A stretch of DNA of 64,000 nucleotides from Rhizophagus irregularis (lineage: Eukaryota). Position 1 is the stretch's first letter, and every line of letters begins with the position of its first letter. The stretch spans positions 1,860,001 to 1,924,000 of the forward strand of contig NC_089435.1 in NCBI RefSeq assembly GCF_026210795.1. The letters are read 5' to 3'. The position numbers were made by a program, and so were the translations under genes. Below, piece by piece: positions 24,760 to 37,380 of this stretch. Under the pieces are notes generated by a model that searched no databases, was not told where the DNA came from, and worked only from the letters and a program-made list of their open reading frames with translations.

Positions 24760-26490
24760 ACAACTTTTATTTTTATTTTTATTTTTATTTTTTTATTTTT
24801 CATTAAACGAGAATTTGAAGATACAGAAATGATACAATTTTGAAGAGAAAAGGTACATAACTATACTGCAAAATAATACATTGCAGACAACTACAACAAC
24901 GGAAATAATTAAATCAGTAGTATCTCCAATGTAGCACTACTACCTGGCTAAGATTTAAATATCCTAGACTTGCCAACCTTGTTTTTAACCTGCACAAACC
25001 ATTCTTACAACTTATCTATTTCTCCTATAAAAGTGAGGAAAACATTATATAACATTATAGAAATCTAATATATTCCCTCCGAAATAAATATTATTCCTAA
25101 TACCTTTTTCACTCGAGATCCTATTTAATGAATTAATTTTTCTATGAATATTAAAATCTAAACTATTTTTAATATTTTACTTATTATATGAATTTTCCAA
25201 CTCCTTAACGATTTTACAACTTGGAATCAAAATTAAATTTAAAACTTAACAGTTAAGAAAAATAAAATTACGATATTCAAATAAAATATTTAATGACTAT
25301 TTACATAGTACTTTTAAAATAAAATAATAAAGTGATAAAGGAAATATTCTTTCAATAAACGTCAATACTTTTCATCGTGTTGTATACTCCATATATCTGA
25401 AAGTTGATATACCGTATATCGTTATTGAAAATAAAAATTTTCTACTTGCTCATTTAATTTTATTGATCTTTATTCTCTGGAATGATCAACCGTTCCAAGT
25501 CCACGTCCACATAATAAGCATTTCCATTCTTTGTATAATGATAATGACGATTTTTTCATTTGTTCGAAAGTAGGCAATTCTTCTAATGAAAATTTGATTT
25601 TTTTTTTTAACTTTCTATTGACGTGCTTCATTTTCTATGTCTAAACGTACTACGTTAACAAATTTCCGTTATTTTATATTTACTATGTCTGTTAAGATTT
25701 ATGAATTCTTATGAGACTAATATCAGTTATTATAATATTATTCCATCATGGAATTAAACCAATCATACTACAATGTGTTTAATATTGATTCGATATAATG
25801 TTTTTCTTTACAGTTTACATTATTGTCTAGGTGATATATTTAAATTTTATTTTTTCAACATATGGTATGCGATGGTGTTGATGTCGTTGAATGGCAATTT
25901 TAAATTAAAACCTTTTATCGCATCTTATATTTTTCAAAATTGGTAAATTTTGTAACTTAGATTGTATTAAGAAAAAGATTATCGAACATATATTAAACGA
26001 CGTGAAGGTTGTTTATATAATAATTATAATTTTTCAACATCTCGCTTATTTACTGTGAATGGAGAAAATACTAGTTATATCATTTCTGAGGTTCGTTTTA
26101 AAAAGATTATGGATTATGCAAAAACTTTAATAGTTATAAAAATTTGGATATTTTAATACCAAAAAATTTAGAAATTGAGGATAAAAATTTAATTTTAAAT
26201 ATATATAAGCGTCTCCTGCAAGAAATGAGTTATTAAAAATTCAGATTAAATTCTTCACATTCGACATTTGATATATATTTGACATACCAATGGTTCCCTA
26301 ATTAATATTGAAAATGAGAATTGTATTACGACCAGTAGTTTTATAATTATAAAAGTGATGAAATACAATCACAATTTTGAACTAATGTAGAAAACTGGCT
26401 TTCATTATTAAGAGGACTGTTGTTTGCGCTATTATTACGTTATTAACAAATTGTACTGTGATAAATTTCACAGATTCACAAAATTTATTT
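24760..26490. mobile_element. Decayed non-LTR retrotransposon (RNase H plus zinc-finger region)
   Basis: Minus strand ~25500-25600 reads LEELPTFEQMKKSSLSLYKEWKCLLCG. Plus strand reads TNGSLIN (~26286) and NCTVINFTDSQN (26449-26484). (TTTTA)n tract at 24765-24800. Confidence 0.6.
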
Positions 26491-26906
26491 AATTTTTAAT
26501 ATATTTATTTGAATAAATATAGTTCATATGATTCTTTTAGTTAGAATAAATATATTTTGAAACTTTGTTCAGCCAAAAAAAATAATATCACGATACTTAC
26601 TTTTAATAATAATTTTTTTATCTAATTATTTTTTGCCATTTTTTTTTCATTCTTCACTCCTTATATTTGGATTAATGATTGGGATTTTTTTTCCTAATTA
26701 TTTTTTTTACTAACTTTTTGCGTTTGGTTTTGATCAAAGTCAGTGTTGTGATATAATCGAAATAAATATATTTTTGTTTTATTTGAATAAATATATTTTG
26801 TATGATTTTTTTTAGTTAGAACAAATTTATTTTTTCTTAGTAAATATGAAAAAACATATCCAGCCAAAAAAAATAGAAACGATAATTTATTTGTCTAAAT
26901 TGATAA

Positions 26907-27132
26907 GGCCGCTCCAACGAATAGTTTCGTAATTTCATTTAACATCATATGGCACAAGAAAATTGGGGGATCATAATAAAATTTTAAACATACATTTTAA
27001 ATAATCATGTAGACTAATAAAGCTAATTGACCAATAATATTTAATACAAAGTGTTTGTTTAAATCCAATTTTTTGGCAAAAATGAGGGGGGGAGAGGATC
27101 GATGTTAAACGAAACTATTTATTGGAGCGGTC
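26907..27132. mobile_element. PIF/Harbinger MITE
   Basis: TIR GGCCGCTCCAACGAATAGTTTCGT / ACGAAACTATTTATTGGAGCGGTC. TAA at 26904-26906 and 27133-27135. Confidence 0.8.
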
Positions 27133-27574
27133 TAATTAGTATATAATTTTTACCTATTTTACCTATTTTAAGATTGTCCTTTCCTTATTGTTAATAATTA
27201 TTATCAATGTTAACAGTTAATAAAAAGAAAATTTATAATACTTTTGTTATACATATTTCATGTATAAGTATATAATCCCGTAAAAATAAAATGCATAATA
27301 TTATTAATGCCGATGAAATCAATATGGCTTTTCTTCAAGAAATATTTGAAGTTGAGGTACCTGAATAACAAAAAAAAGATTATGTAAAGAAAGACAGCAG
27401 GTTTGTAGCAGAAAGGAAAAGGCCATGTAATTTTTTTTCTTTATTAATGTTTTTTATAATTCTTTTTTTTTCTTGTTTTTTTTTTATAAACAAACCGAAA
27501 TTTTTTTTTATATACTGTATATATTAAATTGTTATTATTATGATTTTTAGGTAAGGATAGATCAAGAGGACTTA

Positions 27575-27915
27575 GGTGTGTGATTAAAGTGTGTGGAATG
27601 GCCATGTGGATCATTCCTTTTACGAATAATTTTCATTTTTCGGGTTGCCGATAAAAACTCTTTTCGTATTTTCAATGAACAATATGTCCAGCTTAAAAAT
27701 TTGTTTTGGATGTTATGAATGAATTTTGAGAAACCATTATAAGAGCACTTGTAATAGTTGTAGAAAAAAAATAAGAAAAGTTGAAGATGTGAAAAAACTA
27801 TTTTTTATTGATATTAACGAAAATGCTAAGTTCTAATGTTCATTTATTAATAGCGGGTTCTAGTATCCATCATAACATTCTTTAAATATCTAATGATAAC
27901 AAATATTAACAAACA
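27575..27915. repeat. Second copy of the 9720-10210 dispersed repeat
   Basis: Collinear shared blocks in the same orientation. Confidence 0.7.
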
Positions 27916-28888
27916 ACTCGTAATAAAATCAAATAAAGTAATGTTTATACCATTAGACCTTTTTAATTTCAAGACTATCACTGCCTTCATCTTTATAAAT
28001 GAAGAATTTTATTTAAAACTATATTAATTAGCAAAATATCAAATAATTTCTCACTAGTGGAACCAATTTAAATTTTAATTAAAAATTAATTTTGTAGTTG
28101 TGCAAAAATTCTATTAGTGTTGATGTATTATAATAAATATAACAGAAAGGCTAACCTCGCTCTCATAATAGTTAAAAAAAAATTAATAAGATTGTCACTC
28201 CTTGTTCTGTTCTAAATATCTATTCATTAGCGAAAAATATTTATAGTAATTTATGAGTTATCTACTTTATTAATAGAATTTTTATATTAATAATTTTTAT
28301 TTTATATGGTTACATAGTGATTCTCGTCTATAGTATATTTGATAACTATTAGATAATAAACAGTTTTATTGTAAATAAATAAATACTGTATGTTCATGTT
28401 AATAAAGTAGTCTTTAAAAAATAGTTACCTTCCTATCATTGCATGTAACTAACTTAATTGTTTGCACTTGAGTATGACTATTTCCATATTCACTATAAAA
28501 TCCATTTCACTTCCATAATTTCTCATTTCATAATCATGGTAATATAAAATTGCAGAAGCTGCTTATTGCAAATACAAATAGTAAGAAAAGTAAAAATGGT
28601 ATTTATCAAATAAAATGTTTTCACTTTTTTCTGGTCTTGATTAGTGCGGTATCACTACCATATTTAGAAAAATTCTAACGGCTAAATTTATGTGATTCAG
28701 AGAAAATGATTGACAAAATCAAATTATTGTTCAGAATATCAGGAGTGCCAAAATTTTCATTGAATTTGTATTAAATTACGCCAAAAACAATTGTAATACA
28801 GAATCACAATTATTTTATTTTATCTATTCATTATATATAGAAATAATTTACAATTATGCAATAAATTACAAATATATATTACACCTTC

Positions 28889-31800
28889 TTAATACTCGCC
28901 ATTATTATTTTTCATGTCAAAAACTAAACGTTTCTGTTCATCAAATTCTTTTAATACTTTAAATCTCTTGGAATTTTTACCAATTCCCACCATTTCTCTC
29001 ATATCTTCCAAGTCACAAATCTTACTATGAGCACGTTTTACACTTAGAATTTTACATTGTTTCTTGTCAAGACCAAGATATTTGTTAAGAATTTCGATTG
29101 GTGCAGAACTAATATGAATTTCTGATGGTTCTATACAAAATCATATCAATTAGTATTGTAATTAAAAATGGGTATCAAATCAGTAAACATACCACATGCA
29201 AACTGCGCCCTACTGGAATATGTATATCCAAAAAAACTTTCAAATTGTTCTTTACCAACAAATGCACTATTATTTTTACATTTTATAGTTAGGTCCTTCG
29301 CACTTGCATCTGTTAAAAATAAAAAAATCCATTCATCCGTGCTAACATTTTTCATAGCTTCCGAGACCTACATAATAGGACTGATTAACCAAAAAATTAA
29401 ACACGTATTAGTTACAAATAAAGTTATTGCTACCTTGTTAAATTCAAAATTAAATCTATTGTTGTTAATGATCATAGAATTTTCTGCTCGGGGGTCTGTC
29501 TTCTTTACTTGTTGAATAACAATTAAGGTCTTATTTATGTTGTTTATTTTATGAATACTAAAGACATCAAACATTGCTCCAGGACCATTTATAAAGACAC
29601 TGTCAGTGTATTTCTCAATATACTGTTCGTCAAGGCGTTCAATATTAATAAAATCATTTTGTGTTACATTCATGTCTTCATTCTCTTCCAATTGACATAA
29701 TTCAGGAGCATCACCTTTTTTAGGATATTGATGTTTTTTAGGATATTGATGCTTCAATCGATATAATCGAATTGCTGTTTCTGGAAGGATTACTTCAATA
29801 TCCGGTAAGCCACGAGAAAATTCTGCGCCTCTGAGGAGCTCCTTCAAATTCACTATTGAATAACCTGCTAAACGAAAAAGATGAAGACGTAATGCCCAGA
29901 AACGGGCATTAAATTCTTCAAATGACTGCCACCACATTGTTTCTTCATATATTAGCATCTCTTTCCAAAATACTAAATCGTTGCTTCCGGATTGTTTAAC
30001 AAATAAACAAACCAGTATATAGGGTATCCGGATTTGGTAGTGTTCCTCTTTACACTGTACCAGTTTTAATATACCCGCATGATCAAGATCTTCATATGAT
30101 TCATTGAATTGTTCGTTTACTTTCTCATTTTTCTGAACGGGTAAACCTAAAATAGCCTTTGCGAGAGTACTTTCCAAATAAATTGCATACCGGTTTGAAT
30201 TATAGTCGAATATGATCCTATGTTTGACAGATTGAATAATTTCTGAGACTTGAACTTGATAAGGATTACCGTTCCCTAATTGCTCCAAGCGATCAACAAA
30301 AAATCGATAAAAATATTCAAGAGTTTTGACATGACCACCAATATCACAAATGCAAAGCCGAAAATGATGATTGCGACGGACAAATTCTTCATTTCTGATA
30401 GCCTTTCCAAAAATTTCAATTGTATCATCATTCTCAAGAAGAGGTAGTGGAAGGTGGAGTCGCTTATACAAAGAGCTTTTTATATAGTCCTCTATAGGAC
30501 CTTCAATAGTCCCAGATAAAACTGGGACAAAAAAAATCCCAGCTGGTGGTTCACACATTATTCCACTAATGCAAGTTATAAGATCCATAAAATTCTCATT
30601 TATTTTGTATAACTTGTTAAACTCGTCGATTCCAACAATCAGAATTAGAATTTCCTGTTTTTCAGCTGACGAGTTCTGGATAACTCGCTCTGTAAAATCT
30701 GTATAAATTGTCTTTAGAGCACTATCCAAGGTTAAATTGTTAATATTTTTATTTGAGCTTTTGCAACTGTTAATGAAGTCTCTAAAATTAAAACCCTCCG
30801 GTTGGAAATAATCAAACAAAATGCGAAATGCAAGGGATGCCTCGCATCCAATCCGTATATCTAATGATGTAGGAGGTGATTCATTACCATACGTAACGTT
30901 TAAAAAAGTCATATTTTTAAAAGTCTTTCGAATTTTTTCATCTTTGTTAACATGCTCCTTGGTTAGCCTTTCAAGTTCATCAAGGAATCGACTCTTTCCT
31001 GTTCCAGGTCCCCCAGCCAAGAAAGGGATGGGGTGAGCATTTTTATTGTTGTTTTTGATATCTTCAAATCGCCCTCTGATTCCATTTAAATCATTTTTTC
31101 CTTCCCAAAGGATTTTGAATGTGTTATCACGTCCACGGAATTCAAAATCCTTACCAACAGAAGTCACAAGCTAAAAAAGAATATTATTAAGTTGGAAAGG
31201 CAAAGCAAACATAAATTGAAAAGAGAGATGAAAGGCATACCTTTCTTTTTTTATCACATGGTGGAAATTGTTTAATCCACATGTGAATAGAAGAAGGATA
31301 ACGCCAGTCAACTGATAAATAAGAGAGATTTGTTAGAGATTTTTTATATCATTTGAAGTCAAGTTATTTAACTGGGCTACTGTACCTTGTGGTAGGTTTT
31401 CTTTGTCAGCCCTCCCAGCCCTCCCAACCTTCCCAGCCGAAAATGTTCTGTTTTTATTGGTTTTCTGAAATAAAATTGTATAAAAAGAGAGGTGTATGTG
31501 AGTAAGATTCTTAACATAAGGGAGATACATAGCTGATTCCTCCTCCTTACGAAATCAGCAGACCTTAATCAAAAACATAAGGGAGATTCATAGCTGATTC
31601 TTCCTACAGAATCAGCAGACCTTAATAAGAACCCAGTAGCAAAATGTGCACGCCGCAGCGGACGTGAGTTGGTTCACATCGTCTGGACGCTCTTCTTCCC
31701 CGTGCCAGCGGGACAGGGTGTAGCACTTTTACTACTCTCGTTAGTATCCCTCAAATTATACAGAACGTGTAAAACTAACCTTTATTCGGGATTTTAATGT

Positions 31801-32001
31801 GCATGCCTTTTCATGTTCTCTTGAGTCCGGTTTTAAATTATTTATCAGAACTTTTAGTTCTGCAACGAAATATGTACGAGCTAACCGAGGAGAAACATCA
31901 GGATAATTTTTCTGTAAATAATTCATCCATGAATCTTCGTTCCAATTTTCGTACGGTAGCCTCCAATAGTCGGCATATCGAAGATTGTGTGTTTCTGACA
32001 T
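28889..32001 (-). CDS. Crinkler/RHS-type protein: P-loop NTPase, PD-(D/E)xK nuclease-like domain, C-terminal helix-hairpin-helix
   Basis: Approximate exons 32001-31780, 31464-31386, 31312-31241, 31170-29434, 29367-29193, 29130-28889 with GT-AG ends. Walker A GGPGTGKS, Walker B LIVGIDE, FDVF...IQQVK. Last exon IHISSAPIEILNKYLGL...LEDMREMVGIGK. Confidence 0.75.
31505..31630. repeat. Intronic tandem duplication (~60 bp)
   Basis: AACATAAGGGAGAT(A/T)CATAGCTGATTC...AATCAGCAGACCTTAAT twice. Confidence 0.8.
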
Positions 32002-32209
32002 AAGTAAGTTATTAGAAGAAATCAAGACCAAACAGTAAAGACGCAATTGAAAAATATAAGCTACCTTTATATCGAAAAAATTTTTACGGTTATTCATGAA
32101 AAAATTCTCACGGTATTTGATCAATTTGATTTCATGATACGATGATACGTTTATAATCCCGTATCTAAAAAAAAAAAAAACTCAGGCTCAGGAAAATTTT
32201 TTCAGATAC

Positions 32210-32326
32210 TGATATTAAGCTATCTTTTAAGCTCTTAAATTTTAAGTCCGATAACAGAATTTCAAAATTCCCACAGGTTGATATTAAGCTATCTCTTAAG
32301 CTCTTAAATTTTAAGTCCGATAACAG
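32210..32326. repeat. Direct repeat of ~47 bp upstream of the NTPase gene
   Basis: TGATATTAAGCTATCT(T/C)TTAAGCTCTTAAATTTTAAGTCCGATAACAG twice, about 70 bp apart. Confidence 0.85.
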
Positions 32327-35061
32327 TATTTTGTGTATTGTAGCACTTGACTCCGCCACAAAAGCGTTTGCCACATCAAGCTACAAAAATAATTGTTTAT
32401 TATATGGAATAGAATTATAATAATCCCGAGTTTCTTAACGAAAATAAAATAAATGAAAATGAAAATGAAAATGAAAATTTCAAGAAAGAAAAGAATTTCT
32501 AAATTCTATACTTCATCAAATTCTGAGAACAATTAAAATAATAATTTCCTCGAACCAATTGTTCTATTAAATATAATATCTTATTTTCTAGTTCCGATTG
32601 GTTATTCTGTTTACTACTCTATCCCCTTACATCATTTACATCATTGTTGATCAACGTTCCTAATCCTAATTAGCCAAGGTCGTAGTCCCGTCATTCAGGA
32701 CCGCAGTAAATTTAAAACACAAAAATTTTATAATAAAATACTGCGGCCTAAAATTAATAATATCACTAGAGTAAATTCCGCCCTTACAGTATTTCTGCAT
32801 CAAGAATTTGATCGATCGACATTTTGATCAATTGTGTTTATTGGGCTGGGCTATCTCCCAATCAATCAAATTCTGAAGTAGACTACATCATGTCCAAAAA
32901 AAAAAAAAATTTATCGGTTACGCGAAAATAGTAGTTTAAATAATTGTGCGTATTCATTTTCAAGGAGGTATATGCATACGGACTTTCAAAAAAATATTTT
33001 ACTATTTTTTTAGATAGAAAAGGAAATAGGAGTGAGAATACTTTATTTTAATCAGCTTCTGTCAATATCATAAGTTGTGCTACATAGATTAATCTGGATC
33101 AGTGTCAATAAAACACTTGAACCTTGCGTTCGTTTCCTTTTACTAGATCGTCTAGTAGAGTTTTGTTATCGAATCTATAATTTATTTTCTATTTTTTGGT
33201 TATGCCATGTCGCCTCTTATAGGTCTATAATGAAAAGGTTGATATATTGAAGGAAAATCTTCGTACGTGTTTACCCAAATAGTTGTGGAATAAAAAAGAT
33301 AATTCTGTTGGTATGATATGGTGAATTAATAGAAATACTGGGTGATCGTGATCAAAGATCGGTTGTTCATTAAACGCCTCGTTAATATGCTTAAACAAGG
33401 ATGAATTATCAACTCGGTGAGTATATCCGATGGATGAACGAGCTGTCACTTTAAATATTTCTTTGTGGTTTATTAAAACTTGGATAATGCAATGTACTTT
33501 TAAAATAATTAGTTTTAATTTAATTAAAGATACTTGGAGAGATTTACCACAATTTTACCATCAAAGACTTTTGGCTAAATCAAAGAATCATTTGTCAAGT
33601 CACCTGCACGAAGAAACCTTTATATGACTCATCTTAAAATGAATGGCATTAATTCTCCTTGCAAAATTTCACATCCAAATCAAACTCAGTGGAATAGTTG
33701 GTTCTGAATGGGTTTTTATGCAAAAAATCACATCCAGTATAGATTTTTTTAGACGTGAGTATGAAGAAGAGTTACAAAACGAAACAATAAAAACTATTCA
33801 TACAACATTTCAGAATTTACGAGATATTGATATCATTGTAATTTATATTGACTTGCTTTAATTTATTCAAAAGAGTTTATGCAAGATTTGGATTTTTTCA
33901 ACAAAACAAACCTGTTTTTTCTTTTGTTGAAGGTTGATTATTGCAACATAACAGCATTTATTAAATCAAATATTACCGCATCATTTTTTAAAATCTTACA
34001 TAAGTTCTGAATTGTGAGCTGGTAAATAAAATAAATTTGCCATCAAAGTTAATATATCCGCGAAAATTTTCCTATCGAATTATATTATTTATTGCGCTTT
34101 TCATAGTTCTGCCATCTTCCATAAATTACGTTGCAAAAAAGATTGGCTAAATTAATTCTTATATAGTATCTATGATACATTGATGAAAATTATTGAATAA
34201 ATCCGATTCTTGGATTCTTTCATATAGTTAGAATATGTGTTATTTGACCATATAGTATATATATCATATTCTTTTGTACAAAAAAATTTAATCTCGTCTG
34301 GTTAACAATACGATGACCAGTTATGATAAATGTTAACTTTAATATACTGTGCATCAAAATCCTTAATTTCAATTATCTTGACAATCAAACTATTAAAATT
34401 GACAAGTCACTAAACAAAACAATATATAATTTACAAATTTATATAATTTGCAAAATTTTAACCAGAAGAGACATTTTATGCAATACAAATAAACCAATTT
34501 TAGATTGCAGTTTTCAAAGTATTCCATGAATTCTTATGAATCATTTATTATTATATTTAATATAAACGAGGTGTTTTATGGGAATGAAAAAATTTATACA
34601 ATACAGTGATCTAAGCTCCAAATGATTTGCAGTTTTTGACATTGAAATTTAATTTGTTCGGCGTTGGCAGATTGATGTTGATCCATTATATCATAAGAAC
34701 ATAAAAACATGAAGCCAATGTAAATCAATCAAAAGAAGATAATTAGGTTACTTTAATTCCAAGATTCATCCTTGAAATGTGATTTTTATATTAGTTACAT
34801 ATCGCATAGTGCAAAAATAAATTACATGATTTGGATTAAAACAATCATTGACACATATTGTAATTCGCTTTTTTAATATAAAATGTAAAAATAAAAAACT
34901 TTGATTTTAAACCATTAAGCATAATTGAATATTTATTAAATGATGCAATCAATAGAAAGAGATAATAGAAAAAATTTCAAGTACAATTTTATAATTACTA
35001 TAATAAAACAGCACGCACATCACTCAAAAAAAAAAAAAAAAAAAATTGATAAAGGATTGTT

Positions 35062-36507
35062 TTAAATCCATTCAAAATTTTCATTAATTCTGCCACCACC
35101 AATTGAGTAATATTCAATCATTCCTTTTTCCATAAAATATTTAAGTAAATCTTCAAATTTATCTTCATCTCTAACCACACAAAAACTCATTTCTATTAAT
35201 AGAGGATTCTTACCTTCCCAACTTTTAAGAAATAATTCCATATCTTCCAATTTAAATCCCCACTTGGAATAAAATTTAAACTTAAACAAATTAATTGGCG
35301 ATGATTTAGCTAATACTATGAATAATTCACACCAATTAAATTCACTAAAATAATTATCTTCCACATCAATAATGAATCCACTTAAAAATTGACAGTTAAT
35401 TAATAAACTTTCAAATACTGGGATAAATGAATTAATATTATCATACAATGATAATTCAAGATAAATTAGATTTGGGCAACTTTGACCAATTACTTGAAAA
35501 ATACTTTCACTATCAATACCATCATAACATATACAAATCTCAGAAAGACCACCTTTCGTATTTTTGATTAAATTTACTAAAATGTCAGATGGAAATTGAT
35601 GAACTTTTAGAATTTTTAAAAGAGGAAATGTCACATTCTCAATATTAATCCAACATGCCATATTAGATTCTATTTGAGCTATATTTAAACTTATTAAATT
35701 CACGAGACATGAAAGAATTCTTGTAACAGGTATCCAACTTATTCTCAAGTATTGGACAAAATCAGAATGCTTCATCAATGATTCTTCAAAAGATTTTCTT
35801 ACGTAGAATGATCCATGTTCTACTCCATCATCATCAAAACTGACATCATTTAGTTTTTTTTGTTCTTCAATTAATTTAATGATTCCAGAATTATTGGTAC
35901 AGTAATTCACATTAACAAGACTAAGTTTTTTAATCAATTTGCATATTCTAGCAAATCCTTCCAAAATACTTTGGTCGAGGTCAGCATGACAATGAAGGGA
36001 ATCAAGTCTTGAGAGGCAATATTCAGCCCCTGGGATAAGATGTAGTTGATAATCAAAATATTGTGGAATTAAAAGATGCATTAAATTTGTATTTTCATTG
36101 ATGAATAACTTTAATATCTCGTTTCTTATAATAGGCAAATTTAATTGTCCATCAAATTTTGAAGAAATTACGATTTCTAGGAAATATAAATCCAAATATT
36201 TCCAGAAGCTTAAATAATCAAATAAAGGTCGTTGATATTTGTTCATAACTTCGTTAATAAGTTTATTCACTCCTTGATTCTTCAGAATATCTCTTGATTC
36301 TTCCGATAAATGTAAAAGTATTACATTAAATAATAGTTTCCTTGCTGTTAATGATGAATCAATGTTTTCAGAAGGATTTCTCCATAAAACTGGCATTGCT
36401 GTCATGCACCAAGTTTTATTAACTAAAAGGCAGGAATAAAGTGATATTTTATCATTGTTTAATTTTCTAAATATAATAGAAAGGATGTCTTCGTTGATGT
36501 AGCACAT
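35062..36507 (-). CDS. F-box/LRR (RNI-like) protein, 481 aa
   Basis: Likely ATG at 36507 (MCYINEDILSIIF..LYSCLLVNKTWC). Collinear with the other two paralogs. Ends ENFEWI. Confidence 0.88.
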   Translation of the reverse strand: MCYINEDILSIIFRKLNNDKISLYSCLLVNKTWCMTAMPVLWRNPSENIDSSLTARKLLFNVILLHLSEESRDILKNQGVNKLINEVMNKYQRPLFDYLSFWKYLDLYFLEIVISSKFDGQLNLPIIRNEILKLFINENTNLMHLLIPQYFDYQLHLIPGAEYCLSRLDSLHCHADLDQSILEGFARICKLIKKLSLVNVNYCTNNSGIIKLIEEQKKLNDVSFDDDGVEHGSFYVRKSFEESLMKHSDFVQYLRISWIPVTRILSCLVNLISLNIAQIESNMACWINIENVTFPLLKILKVHQFPSDILVNLIKNTKGGLSEICICYDGIDSESIFQVIGQSCPNLIYLELSLYDNINSFIPVFESLLINCQFLSGFIIDVEDNYFSEFNWCELFIVLAKSSPINLFKFKFYSKWGFKLEDMELFLKSWEGKNPLLIEMSFCVVRDEDKFEDLLKYFMEKGMIEYYSIGGGRINENFEWI

Positions 36508-37267
36508 TTTTTTTTTGCACAAAAAAAAAAAAAGAAAAGAAAAAGGACAAAACTCGTGAATAACTACTTATTTCCTTTATTTATGATTAAATATTTGTGT
36601 AACAAATATTACAATGGACAAACTCATGAAACGTGAAATTTGATAATTTAACGTTACACGACTAGTGGAATTTCCATTTTCACTATAAATTTCGCGTGAC
36701 AATTATATTACATATTTACTAAATATATTTGATAATTCATGGATTCATGGATATTATACGGTGGTATAACGTCACGAAGTGACGTTAACCAATATAACGG
36801 CTCTGTATTATCGTATTATCGTACGGTAATAAACTATTAACATCAATATTGTACGATAATGAAAATATCTGTCAAATAAAATCAGCATGAGGCCGTGCGA
36901 AAATATTGTTTAAAAAAAAAAAAATTTTTTTTTTTTTTTTTTTTTGAGATCGTGGAGAGAAATCGACAATATTACCAATATTACCAAGTTCAAAGAATAT
37001 AAATACCTCTTGTAACTTACTAAGACCTGTTCCATAAAGCAATTGACATCTATTTAATAGGCGTTATTTATTTACTATATTCTCTTTTTATATTGGTTAT
37101 TTAATTTACCAAGATTTCAAAATTTTCAATAAATTTATTTATTTATTTATTTTATGTGAAGCCGGACAGCCAAATAAACAGGATAAACTCCCATCGGAGT
37201 ACGATCCTAATTCTTGTCATCATCCCGCCAGGAATCAATAAATTTATACAGTATTTTTTCTCAAAAG

Positions 37268-37380
37268 CCCTATAAAAAATTTTTTCGAAAAAATGATCAC
37301 GTGACCGAGTTTCTTCGGGAATAAAAAGCTAGAAAAATGATCATTTATCGAAGTTTTTTTCAGAATTTTTTTTTATAGAG
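37268..37380. mobile_element. Short CCCTATAAAAAA-type MITE
   Basis: CCCTATAAAAAATTTTTT...TTTTTTTTATAGAG, the same end type as 45124, 45413 and 57349. Confidence 0.45.

Noticed and set aside
29168..31036. Plus-strand ORFs at 29168 and 30821 (also 31797)
   Set aside because: Antisense shadows of the NTPase-nuclease gene.
33200..34000. Short ORFs with coding-like texture
   Set aside because: Possibly a decayed gene, but no consistent frame, strand or motif could be established.
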